DNA of 64,000 nucleotides from Octopus sinensis. Its lineage: Eukaryota. This document shows, piece after piece, positions 1 to 12,676 of this stretch. Below the pieces are notes generated by a model, which did no database searches, had not been told where the DNA came from, and worked only from the letters and a program-made list of their open reading frames with translations. Position 1 is the first letter of the stretch. Each line of letters begins with the position of its first letter. The stretch is taken from NCBI RefSeq assembly GCF_006345805.1, contig NC_042997.1:143654001-143718000 (forward strand), written 5' to 3'. A program made the translations under genes and the position numbers.

Positions 1-3000
1 TCCTCTCCCGAAATGCAATTCGTAAAAGTTTGCCATTCATCCGGATATAGTATATATAAACCCACCCATGTGCTTCGTTGATGTTGATCAGTTAGCTGAT
101 CGGCTTAAGCGAAGCAGGGTCGTTGTTTATTTATAGTATATTCAGGCCTGCTGATGATTACGTAAGTATGAAATCACTGTGATACAGGTCTATATATTTT
201 TAAATGTCTTTCTTTGAAAAATTGCATTCGGTGGGATTAGTAATATTTTGGTAGAAATGACTGATTGTCCCTCTTAGCGTATGGCGTGTATGTAGAATGC
301 CTCCTGGCATGTATGTATAATGCCCTCTATATATAAATTAATATGTTCAATAAGAAATAATTATTTTCGAAATTTTTTCTCTTATGAGGTTTTTACGCTA
401 TCTACCTGACAATTTCTTGTTAAGTTTTCCTTATTAAGTAGTTGTCCTTAATTGCTAAATTTTTATTCCGAAAAAACTTTTCCTCTCCCGAAATGCAATT
501 CGTAAAAGTTTGCCATTCATCCGGATATAGTATATATAAACCCACCCATGTGCTTCGTTGATGTTGATCAGTTAGCTGATCGGCTTAAGCGAAGCAGGGT
601 CGTTGTTTATTTATAGTATATTCAGGCCTGCTGATGATTACGTAAGTATGAAATCACTGTGATACAGGTCTATATATTTTTAAATGTCTTTCTTTGAAAA
701 ATTGCATTCGGTGGGATTAGTAATATTTTTGGTAGAAATGACTGATTGTCCCTCTTAGCGTATGGCGTGTATGTAGAATGCCTCCTGGCATGTATGTATA
801 ATGCCCTCTATATATAAATTAATATGTTCAATAAGAAATAATTATTTTCGAAATTTTTTCTCTTATGAGGTTTTTACGCTATCTACCTGACAATTTCTTG
901 TTAAGTTTTCCTTATTAAGTAGTTGTCCTTAATTGCTAAATTTTTATTCCGAAAAAACTTTTCCTCTCCCGAAATGCAATTCGTAAAAGTTTGCCATTCA
1001 TCCGGATATAGTATATATAATTCAACCATGTGCTTCGTTGATGTTGATCAGTTAGCTGATCGGCTTAAGCGAAGCGGGGTCGTTGTTTATTTATAGTATA
1101 TTCAGGCCTGCTGATGATTACGTAAGTATGAAATCACTGTGATACAGGTCTATATATTTTTAATGTCTTTCTTTGAAAAATTGCATTCGGTGGGATTAGT
1201 AATATTTTTGGTAGAAATGACTGATTGTCCCTCTTAGCGTATGGCGTGTATGTAGAATGCCTCCTGGCATGTATGTATAATGCCCTCTATATATAAATTA
1301 ATATGTTCAATAAGAAATAATTATTTTCGAAATTTTTTCTCTTATGAGGTTTTTACGCTATCTACCTGACAATTTCTTGTTAAGTTTTCCTTATTAAGTA
1401 GTTGTCCTTAATTGCTAAATTTTTATTCCGAAAAAACTTTTCCTCTCCCGAAATGCAATTCGTAAAAGTTTGCCATTCATCCGGATATAGTATATATAAA
1501 TTCAACCATGTGCTTCGTTGATGTTGATCAGTTAGCTGATCGGCTTAAGCGAAGCGGGGTCGTTGTTTATTTATAGTATATTCAGGCCTGCTGATGATTA
1601 CGTAAGTATGAAATCACTGTGATACAGGTCTATATATTTTTAAATGTCTTTCTTTGAAAAATTGCATTCGGTGGGATTAGTAATATTTTTGGTAGAAATG
1701 ACTGATTGTCCCTCTTAGCGTATGGCGTGTATGTAGAATGCCTCCTGGCATGTATGTATAATGCCCTCTATATATAAATTAATATGTTCAATAAGAAATA
1801 ATTATTTTCGAAATTTTTTCTCTTATGAGGTTTTTACGCTATCTACCTGACAATTTCTTGTTAAGTTTTCCTTATTAAGTAGTTGTCCTTAATTGCTAAA
1901 TTTTTATTCCGAAAAAACTTTTCCTCTCCCGAAATGCAATTCGTAAAAGTTTGCCATTCATCCGGATATAGTATATATAAACCCACCCATGTGCTTCGTT
2001 GATGTTGATCAGTTAGCTGATCGGCTTAAGCGAAGCAGGGTCGTTGTTTATTTATAGTATATTCAGGCCTGCTGATGATTACGTAAGTATGAAATCACTG
2101 TGATACAGGTCTATATATTTTTAAATGTCTTTCTTTGAAAAATTGCATTCGGTGGGATTAGTAATATTTTGGTAGAAATGACTGATTGTCCCTCTTAGCG
2201 TATGGCGTGTATGTAGAATGCCTCCTGGCATGTATGTATAATGCCCTCTATATATAAATTAATATGTTCAATAAGAAATAATTATTTTCGAAATTTTTTC
2301 TCTTATGAGGTTTTTACGCTATCTACCTGACAACTTCTTGTTAAGTTTTCCTTATTAAGTAGTTGTCCTTAATTGCTAAATTTTTATTCCGAAAAAACTT
2401 TTCCTCTCCCGAAATGCAATTCGTAAAAGTTTGCCATTCATCCGGATATAGTATATATAAACCCACCCATGTGCTTCGTTGATGTTGATCAGTTAGCTGA
2501 TCGGCTTAAGCGAAGCAGGGTCGTTGTTTATTTATAGTATATTCAGGCCTGCTGATGATTACGTAAGTATGAAATCACTGTGATACAGGTCTATATATTT
2601 TTAAATGTCTTTCTTTGAAAAATTGCATTCGGTGGGATTAGTAATATTTTTGGTAGAAATGACTGATTGTCCCTCTTAGCGTATGGCGTGTATGTAGAAT
2701 GCCTCCTGGCATGTATGTATAATGCCCTCTATATATAAATTAATATGTTCAATAAGAAATAATTATTTTCGAAATTTTTTCTCTTATGAGGTTTTTACGC
2801 TATCTACCTGACAATTTCTTGTTAAGTTTTCCTTATTAAGTAGTTGTCCTTAATTGCTAAATTTTTATTCCGAAAAAACTTTTCCTCTCCCGAAATGCAA
2901 TTCGTAAAAGTTTGCCATTCATCCGGATATAGTATATATAAACCCACCCATGTGCTTCGTTGATGTTGATCAGTTAGCTGATCGGCTTAAGCGAAGCAGG

Positions 3001-5131
3001 GTCGTTGTTTATTTATAGTATATTCAGGCCTGCTGATGATTACGTAAGTATGAAATCACTGTGATACAGGTCTATATATTTTTAAATGTCTTTCTTTGAA
3101 AAATTGCATTCGGTGGGATTAGTAATATTTTGGTAGAAATGACTGATTGTCCCTCTTAGCGTATGGCGTGTATGTAGAATGCCTCCTGGCATGTATGTAT
3201 AATGCCCTCTATATATAAATTAATATGTTCAATAAGAAATAATTATTTTCGAAATTTTTTCTCTTATGAGGTTTTTACGCTATCTACCTGACAATTTCTT
3301 GTTAAGTTTTCCTTATTAAGTAGTTGTCCTTAATTGCTAAATTTTTATTCCGAAAAAACTTTTCCTCTCCCGAAATGCAATTCGTAAAAGTTTGCCATTC
3401 ATCCGGATATAGTATATATAAATTCAACCATGTGCTTCGTTGATGTTGATCAGTTAGCTGATCGGCTTAAGCGAAGCGGGGTCGTTGTTTATTTATAGTA
3501 TATTCAGGCCTGCTGATGATTACGTAAGTATGAAATCACTGTGATACAGGTCTATATATTTTTAAATGTCTTTCTTTGAAAAATTGCATTCGGTGGGATT
3601 AGTAATATTTTTGGTAGAAATGACTGATTGTCCCTCTTAGCGTATGGCGTGTATGTAGAATGCCTCCTGGCATGTATGTATAATGCCCTCTATATATAAA
3701 TTAATATGTTCAATAAGAAATAATTATTTTCGAAATTTTTTCTCTTATGAGGTTTTTACGCTATCTACCTGACAATTTCTTGTTAAGTTTTCCTTATTAA
3801 GTAGTTGTCCTTAATTGCTAAATTTTTATTCCGAAAAAACTTTTCCTCTCCCGAAATGCAATTCGTAAAAGTTTGCCATTCATCCGGATATAGTATATAT
3901 AAATTCAACCATGTGCTTCGTTGATGTTGATCAGTTAGCTGATCGGCTTAAGCGAAGCGGGGTCGTTGTTTATTTATAGTATATTCAGGCCTGCTGATGA
4001 TTACGTAAGTATGAAATCACTGTGATACAGGTCTATATATTTTTAAATGTCTTTCTTTGAAAAATTGCATTCGGTGGGATTAGTAATATTTTTGGTAGAA
4101 ATGACTGATTGTCCCTCTTAGCGTATGGCGTGTATGTAGAATGCCTCCTGGCATGTATGTATAATGCCCTCTATATATAAATTAATATGTTCAATAAGAA
4201 ATAATTATTTTCGAAATTTTTTCTCTTATGAGGTTTTTACGCTATCTACCTGACAATTTCTTGTTAAGTTTTCCTTATTAAGTAGTTGTCCTAATTGCTA
4301 AATTTTTATTCCGAAAAAACTTTTCCTCTCCCGAAATGCAATTCGTAAAAGTTTGCCATTCATCCGGATATAGTATATATAAATTCAACCATGTGCTTCG
4401 TTGATGTTGATCAGTTAGCTGATCGGCTTAAGCGAAGCGGGGTCGTTGTTTATTTATAGTATATTCAGGCCTGCTGATGATTACGTAAGTATGAAATCAC
4501 TGTGATACAGGTCTATATATTTTTAAATGTCTTTCTTTGAAAAATTGCATTCGGTGGGATTAGTAATATTTTTGGTAGAAATGACTGATTGTCCCTCTTA
4601 GCGTATGGCGTGTATGTAGAATGCCTCCTGGCATGTATGTATAATGCCCTCTATATATAAATTAATATGTTCAATAAGAAATAATTATTTTCGAAATTTT
4701 TTCTCTTATGAGGTTTTTACGCTATCTACCTGACAATTTCTTGTTAAGTTTTCCTTATTAAGTAGTTGTCCTTAATTGCTAAATTTTTATTCCGAAAAAA
4801 CTTTTCCTCTCCCGAAATGCAATTCGTAAAAGTTTGCCATTCATCCGGATATAGTATATATAAATTCAACCATGTGCTTCGTTGATGTTGATCAGTTAGC
4901 TGATCGGCTTAAGCGAAGCGGGGTCGTTGTTTATTTATAGTATATTCAGGCCTGCTGATGATTACGTAAGTATGAAATCACTGTGATACAGGTCTATATA
5001 TTTTTAAATGTCTTTCTTTGAAAAATTGCATTCGGTGGGATTAGTAATATTTTGGTAGAAATGACTGATTGTCCCTCTTAGCGTATGGCGTGTATGTAGA
5101 ATGCCTCCTGGCATGTATGTATAATGCCCTC

Positions 5132-5140
<9 letters not shown>
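1..5140 (+). repeat. Tandem array of ~480-bp unit (10.7 copies visible, runs off window start)
   Basis: Motif tcctctcccgaaatgc recurs at 1, 481, 962, 1441, 1922, 2402, 2883, 3363, 3844, 4324, 4805. Units are near-identical apart from two variant types and homopolymer indels. The array ends in (TA)n at ~5140. Confidence 0.98.
145..190 (+). ncRNA. Minimal type I hammerhead ribozyme (first of 11 identical copies, one per unit; last at 4949-4994)
   Basis: GGCCTG-CTGATGA-T-TAC(GTAA)GTA-T-GAAA-TCACTGTGA-TA-CAGGTC: stem I ggcctg/caggtc, canonical CUGAUGA and GAAA core, near-palindromic stem III, UA cleavage after 184. Confidence 0.8.

Positions 5141-5217
<77 letters not shown>
5140..5217. repeat. 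(TA)n microsatellite terminating the array
   Basis: Direct reading. Confidence 0.95.
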
Positions 5218-5221
<4 letters not shown>

Positions 5222-5410
5222 TGGCATATTCTGTTAAGAAAGTAGTAGAGTACAGTATAAAGCTTGTCCACCTTCAGATTTCACTCTGTGCTATCCAGTA
5301 GTAGTATTATATGTACTTCCTGTTTGGCGGTTGGGCTTCTGTTGTGTGTGAATAGATAACTGAAAAAAATTGGAGTCAACAAGAAGGAGTGTGGTTGGAA
5401 ATTTATTTTC

Positions 5411-5518
5411 AATCACTACAATTGTTTCTACGCCACGAAGTTTTCCAGACGTGCAGGTATTTGGTTATGTAACCGTTTCCCTGCATTATGAGATGTAGTT
5501 GTGTTTCCTCAGGCGATT
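5411..5518 (-). ncRNA. Candidate type I hammerhead with enlarged stem II domain
   Basis: Minus strand: AATCGC-CTGAGGA-[77 nt including tgcagg/cctgca and ggtta/taacc stems]-GAAA-CAATTG-TA-GTGATT. Confidence 0.45.
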
Positions 5519-6059
5519 TGTAAATATTGTCTGTCTTCGTAAGTTCAAATCTCTCTAACAGATGAAAGTAGTAACTATAATAAGAAGTAATATTTATCAC
5601 CACATAAATATAGCTGGTCGGCGTTACTAGCGTTAGAGATAGCAGGAATTCGTTCCAGCTCGCAACATATAGAAAACCAAGCGACAATCAGTCACTGATC
5701 TTGCAACAAGTAAAATAGTTAGTTAAAAAATCTCTATAAGAGATGAAAATAGTGACTATAATGAGAAGTAATGTTTATCATTACAATATATATATATATA
5801 TATAACCTATAATAATATATCATAATAATATTTTATTCTCCGATTTGAAGCGATAATTTATAAATAAAAACAAATGACTGAAAAATGATGAGCTAATCCC
5901 AACCAGAATCAAATCAACAAATCAACCTAAACATGGCTCCTTGCACATCCGATTGGGCCAAACGCACCCATCAATTTCAACCAAATTTAGTAATATATAC
6001 TTAAACTGTCTAATATTACATATGATATTTGTAAACAAACGCGGAAGGTTTTGTAAGTT

Positions 6060-6270
6060 ATTCTTTTATTCATCTACATATTTCAGTCATTTGACCGCGG
6101 CCATGCTGGAGCACCGCCTTAAAGGGTTTTAGTCGTAGAAATCGACTCTAGGACATTTTTTTCGGTAGCCTAGTACTTATTATATCGGAAGTTTGGAATC
6201 ATGTATTGGATGTTACAAGTGAATTTGACGGCTTAACCAGAACGGATTATCAGGACACACTTTATTGCAT
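6060..6270 (-). mobile_element. SINE family 1, 3' fragment
   Basis: Matches 3' part of full copy at 52291-52659 (cagtcatttgac...gcggccatgctgg). Confidence 0.7.
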
Positions 6271-6342
6271 TAGGTTACAGAGAACAATACATGGTTCCAA
6301 ACAACCATAACGGTGAAATGTACGTAGGAACAACTAATATAA

Positions 6343-6757
6343 GGCGGCGAGCTGGCAGAAACGTTAGCACGCCCAGCGAAATGCTTAGCGGTATTTCGTC
6401 TTCCGCTACGTTCTGAGTTCAAATTCCACCGAGGTCGACTTTGCCTTTCATCCTTTCGGGGTCGATAAATTAAGTACAAGTTATGCACTGGGGTCGATGT
6501 AATCGACTTAATCCGTTTGTCTGTCCTTGTTTGTCCGCTCTGTGTGTAGCCCTTTGTGGGCAGTAAAGAAATAAGTATTTCGTCTGTCTTTACGTTCTGA
6601 GTTCAAATTCCGCCGAGGTCGACTTTGCCTTTCATCCTTTCGGGGTCGATAAATCAAGTACCAGTTACGCCCTGGGATCGATGTAATTGACTTAATCCCT
6701 TTGTCTGTCCTTGTTTGTCTCCTCTATGTTTAGCCCCTTGTGGGCAATAAAGAAATA
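6343..6757 (+). mobile_element. Dimeric tRNA-derived SINE (family 2) with 17-bp TSD
   Basis: Monomer 1 at 6343-6575 and headless monomer 2 at 6576-6757. AGGAACAACTAATATAA flanks both at 6326-6342 and 6758-6774. Core gtcgactttgcctttcatcctttcggggtcgata recurs many times in the window. Confidence 0.9.
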
Positions 6758-6835
6758 AGGAACAACTAATATAAACTTGTGTTTATTTTAATCTCCCCCC
6801 CTCTCTTTCACATACACACACGCACAAACACACAT

Positions 6836-6990
6836 ACTTTTATTCTTTTACTTCCTTCAGTCATTTGACTGCAGTCATGCCGGGGCGCCGCCTTGAAGGT
6901 TTGTAGTCGAACAAATTGACCCCAGGACTTTTTTAAAGTCTAGCGCTTATTCTATCGATGTCTTTTTTCCGAACCCCTAAGTTGTGGGAA
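6836..6990 (-). mobile_element. SINE family 1, 3' fragment
   Basis: Similarity to other family 1 copies. Confidence 0.65.
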
Positions 6991-7645
6991 TGTATATATA
7001 ACTACTGCCGAAGTTTCAGTAATCTACTTAACGGCAGCAGGGGTTGGGTTAGGGCCCTCCCAGGTCGTATACAGAGCGCTGGAGAAGGTTCACATGTATA
7101 GGACCTACCCAAGAGCAGACCACCGCTGGTCTGGATATATATGCACACAACACAAAAAATATATACGTACACGCAGCTTCTTCAGCACAAGAAGAACTCA
7201 AATAATTAAGCAATAAAGTTATATGCAGCACATGTGCAGCCACATACATATGACAATAGACATCACTGTTATTGATGTGTGTGTCTTGTGGAAAAAGAGC
7301 ATCTTTGTTGAACTAATACAGAACTTACAGCACTTCTGTAAAACCTCCTTTGACCTTTTTTGTTCTGTTTGTTTTATTTGGCTGTGCTAACTCAGCTCCG
7401 AATTTAATTTTGTTTTTTTCCTTTTATTGTTACAACAACTCTGATATCCTTAAGCCAGATATGGTATATTGAGGCCTCCGTTAGCAAAGAGCTCAAGTTA
7501 TACTTTTCCATTCAGCTACGTCCGATGATTGCAAATTTATCTCACTACTTCTCGAACATTTTCAGCGTGAAACCATTCGGGAACATAAACTAGCTTTTAT
7601 GAGACTATAATATATACACAAAACACACACACACACACACACACG

Positions 7646-7691
<46 letters not shown>

Positions 7692-7789
7692 CACACATAC
7701 ACACACACACACATGTACACACACACACACACACACACACTCTTTATCTCTCTCTCTCTCTCTCTCTCAGATATCGTAGGACAGAATTG

Positions 7790-8370
7790 CACCATTCGCA
7801 AAACGTACCTTGTCAATTAAATTCTGTATGATAAATGCGCGCTTTTAGAAAAATTATCCACGCCTGCATTTACCCGTTTTCTCAACTGATGGCAGTCTAA
7901 AGGATTTCTTTCATAGTTTACCTTGTTTATTTCAAGTGGTTTCAAAGAGGCCTTTACACAGTTGGTCAACAACAGCCTTGGTTTGTACTGGATGAGCTTG
8001 TATGCGCTTCTGCTTACAAGCTCACCATGCAACATCTGTTTCGGGTTCCTCCGATCATTCTTCTGTTTGATGTTTTGTTTAACCTAACAATGTAAACGGA
8101 ACATGTATACCAATGTTTCAACACTTAAGACTTACTCCTGAGAGTCGAGAACATTGCAGAAAAGTCGTCGATGGTTTAAACTCCTTAAATAACGAAGAGT
8201 TTAAAAAACAATGCAAAAATAGATGTATCTGTTACCCACTTCCACTCCTATATAAAATTTCCTACCGTTGCCCAGAAGGAAGAAACGCTTATTTTGAGCA
8301 ATACTAACGTAAAGTCTTGTGAAGTCGCTCGTAAACTCTATGTCTGTTAGGAATGTTTTATCGGTGACCC
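7790..8370 (-). mobile_element. Degenerate RTE-clade LINE 3' fragment
   Basis: Translation MLHGELVS...CVKASLKPLEIN resembles the RTE ORF C-terminus; frameshifted. Confidence 0.65.
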
Positions 8371-8774
8371 GAAGAGATAACTTCTTTTCTACTCTATAAA
8401 TGTAATTTCAGGAGAAATTCCAAATTTCACAAGAGTCTGCTACATTATTATCTACTTAAAACAAAAATGAGTTGCTTTGTGTCATGTTCATATTAACTTA
8501 ACTGTGATTGCTTTGACTTAATAAATTTTTAGCTTTAGCTTTACAATAAATCTGTTGGAACTTTTACTTAGCAATAAGTCTGTTAACTTTAGCAATAAAT
8601 TTGTTAATTTGAACCTCCCTATAATGTTCATGAGACCAACAATCCTGTACATGATAGGAAAATAATAAAGATTCATGATTCTCTGCTATGAACAATGAGT
8701 AGCAAAATGTATTTTATGAAACTTAAGAGCAAAGAGCATCATTTTCATTCTATCGACATGCTCGTGTGAGATGT

Positions 8775-8875
<101 letters not shown>

Positions 8876-9087
8876 TAGACTTGTCTGAAATGAAGCGGAC
8901 AATATAATGAGCATATTGTGATAAATGATGCAAGGTTTTTGTCTATCAAATGATACTGAATTCAGTTTGAAATTTTATTGTATCTTTAGAAGATTGGTTC
9001 CTTACAATGACAGTTATACGAGCGATGGAATTTGCAGTTATGCAAAATCTGACAAAATTAGGTTGATTTAAGACAAGAAACTACAGA

Positions 9088-9260
9088 CATATATATATAT
9101 ATATATAATATATGTCATACCATATATGTAAGTATGTATGTATGTATGTATGTATGTATGTATGTATGTATGTATGTATGTATGTATGTATGTATATATA
9201 TACATAAATATATATACATATATATATGTATATATATACATAATATATACATATAGTATG

Positions 9261-9296
<36 letters not shown>

Positions 9297-9370
9297 TATA
9301 TTTATCTATCTATGTATATTAATCTATATATCTCTCTATATATATACACACACGTGTGTGTGTGTACATG

Positions 9371-9441
<71 letters not shown>

Positions 9442-9455
9442 ATATGCATATATAA
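9088..9455. repeat. Compound microsatellite (TA)n/(TATG)n/(TATC)n
   Basis: Direct reading; source of spurious ORFs. Confidence 0.95.
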
Positions 9456-9794
9456 TGGGTCTGTGTTGATATTTGGCTTCTAGTGAAATATTCTGGAAGC
9501 TATAGAACAAAGTAGAAACTACAGATTATTATACTTGTTATTATAAGACATTTGAAAAGCAATATCAATTATGACATTAGTTATAACATAGTATTTGAAA
9601 TTGTAGCTATATATGTCTATCTTGCGTAGGTTTTAGAACAGTAATTTTACATATCATTGCATTTGACTGAGTTCTCTGAATGCTAGTAGTGATTTAATTA
9701 CGAAAATGCTGGCGTTTCTCAAATAGCAATGTCAAAGATGATGTCAGTATTATTAATGACAAAGACGGCGAATTGATAGAAAAGAAAGAGTAAT

Positions 9795-9998
9795 TTAACA
9801 GGCCATATCCGGGCCAAATGTTTTACCTGTTGTATGTTCAAACCAGCTCTATCTGGCCTCTCCCACCTACCCTAAAATGTTATACTGCAAATAAACAATG
9901 ATGCCATCGAAATCTCGAAGCTACGAGATAGTGCATGATTAATTCAAAACTGAATCTACAAGCATTACATTCGACAGAATCACCTGAATGATAAAGGG
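9795..9998. mobile_element. Possible degenerate short MITE (piggyBac-like AAAGGG end)
   Basis: Ends in gataaaggg; left end degenerate; resemblance recalled, not verifiable within this window. Confidence 0.3.
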
Positions 9999-10019
9999 AG
10001 CATATCTTGTAACATTTAG

Positions 10020-10170
10020 TTACGTTTCTTTGCGAGTTGAGTTCAAATTGCTCTGAGGTCAACTTCACCTTTTAACGCTTCCTAGTCGATATAATTAAGT
10101 ACCAGTTAAGTACTGTGGTCGATATAATTGACTTTACTCTTCCTCATTTATTCGAGGTCTTGCACCTATG
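10020..10170 (+). mobile_element. SINE family 2 fragment
   Basis: gagttcaaatt...gaggtcaacttcacc...gtcgatataattaagtaccag core. Confidence 0.7.
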
Positions 10171-10478
10171 TTAGAAAACTAATATTATTTATGATATGTT
10201 TAGTGTAATCAATACCAAACTCCTTAGAGCATCAAACAAAATGGCTTGCTGTATTTGTTCCAGGGCGTAACATGCTGTGTTTAAATTTCACCGAGATCAC
10301 CTTAAGGATTGTGAATTTGCTTTTATCGTTTCGCGGGGCGATGAAATAAAGTGCCAGTCAAGTATTTGGGACAATTTCCTGCCCTCTATCCACACATTTC
10401 TGGCCTTGCACTTGAAATAAGGTGTGTGTGTGTGTGCAAGTATATATATATATATAATATATATATATATATTATATA

Positions 10479-10512
<34 letters not shown>

Positions 10513-10659
10513 TAATACAATGTTAAAGCGTTGAAAATAAGATGGCAGACATATTCCACAGACGGTGATGATAGACGCGATAGTAATAATAATAGATATT
10601 TCTTTCCTTTTTTAATATGGGCATAATACCTGAAATTTCGTTGGGAAGTTAGTTGGTTA

Positions 10660-11000
10660 CATCAACCTTGAAAGGATGAAAGGCAAAATCAGTCTCGGTG
10701 GCATTTGAACTCGGTGACTCGTGAACGTAAGCCGGAAGATGTGCCGCTAAGCAGTTTTCCGACGGGTTAACGGTTCTGTCAGCTCGTCGCCTTTGAAATA
10801 ATGGTTTCAAATTTTAGCACAAGACCAGCAATTTCGGGGAAGTGTGTCAATCAATCACTTTGGTCCCAGTGCTCAACTGGTACCTATTTCATCGCCTCCG
10901 AAAAAGGATGAAAGGCAAAGTCGACCTCGGTGGGATTTGAACTTGAAGCGTAAGGATGGATGAAATGCCGTTAACGATTTTGCTAACTCGCCGCCTTGGT
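10660..11000 (-). mobile_element. Two adjacent SINE family 2 copies
   Basis: aaaggatgaaaggcaaa core at ~10672 and ~10904. Confidence 0.75.
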
Positions 11001-12676
11001 AATAATCCTAACCCTAACCCTAACCGTGGTGGAGTTATCGAAACTACCAGCTCACTGCTTTTGCCGCATTTGTATCAATAACATATAATATTTGTTGTTG
11101 CTGTACTTGTTGTTTAATCCCATGTTAGCTTTATCGGAAAAGACTTTTGACCAAAGTCAATCAAGGCTTTTCTTCGGCAATATCTTATCCCAAACTACAT
11201 TATCCAACAAGGTTATTTTATAAACATAGTATTGTGTATATTGCGTGAGTTCCCACCGTTATTTCTAGCAACTTGAGTGTCATAAAGAAATTATTTCGTT
11301 GGTTTTAGTTATAAGGGTTGTCACAACAGTAATAGTAATGATGTCATTAATCGCCAAAGCAATGAAAACCATTGCATTGTGATTCGAATATAAACCGAAG
11401 TGCTGGTAGTAATCCGGTAGTGACTGAATGCTTATTGATAGCTTCTACTAAGTAGAATTCTTTAGAATTAAATAGAATAAACTATACTAAAAGTCTAGGA
11501 TAGATTTGAATAAAGAAACAGAAATACAAACTCGTATTGTACTTTTGGTTAATGTTGCTTCATTAAACTTTTTTACACACAGCGATAAAATTTGATAACT
11601 ACATCGTCTTCTATGTTGGTATAGAGACGTCTTAATGATTCTCGTATATGTAGGTAGTGGCTGATCTCGTATAAAGTCGGTAATGGAAATACATTAGTGA
11701 AATATCGATGAGGCTTAGCATTGGGAATTGGAAGTACATAACAGTATATTCAGAAACTATGTCAATAGATAAGAATGTTAAGTGGACTCGTAACCTACAT
11801 AGATACACACATATAACACAACTTATATTCATACATATATACATACATACACATAATCTATATATATATATATATACACATACATACATACAAACAAATA
11901 TAAATGCATACACAAACACACACATTCAGACGTTGGGGGTATTTATCTAGTTTGAGCTAACAATTCATTGTCACATATTTTTACCGCTAGAATTATTAGC
12001 ATAAACATAACGCCATAATAGAGTTTTCGTAAACTTTTACGAATTCTTAGCTTACCTTTGTTATGGTAACTTACACTAACTTAAAACAATCATTTCAAAG
12101 TAGCATTAAAAGAAATTATTAACAATCTATAACGGTTTTTTGACTGAATTTCAATATCCATCATTTCTCCCACCTCCAAATGGGAAGCGAAATAACAAAA
12201 ATCTATTGGAAAGAAATTGATTTTTCTAAGATAAATTATGCATAAAATAAATATTCTTTCTAAAGGCAGACACTATGTTTATTAGTATAATGAGCTAACT
12301 AATAATGTTAATAAAATATTTATTTAGCTTTTATATGGCAGAAGAGCCATTTTAACCGTGAAACCACTCAAAAACTGTTATTTAACTTTTTATTTATCTT
12401 GTGAGGTGTCAACAGTTTTTTTGTCGCACCAATGCAGAGGAATTGTGCCAGTGACCAAATGGCAGTGGTGCATCAACAATTTTCACACCTCAAAATAAAC
12501 GAAAAGTGAAAATGATATTGGTGTGATTTTAGATGGTTAAAATAGTACTTCCACGATACAAATTGCTTCAGTTTCAAAACACAGTTTCGGATCAATCATT
12601 TACCAAACGTACTACTGCAGTACTTACTTAATAAAGAGAAATAAGAATGAGTTTTAATTGATTAATTAGATTGAAA

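Noticed and set aside
1-5140. CRISPR-like or coding interpretation of the tandem array; short minus-strand frame LYPDEWQTFTNCISGEEKFFRNK
   Set aside because: There are no unique spacers, and the frame is only about 40 codons between stops with no recognisable motif
11007-11025. (CCCTAA)3 telomere-like repeat
   Set aside because: Too short to distinguish from chance or a repeat remnant
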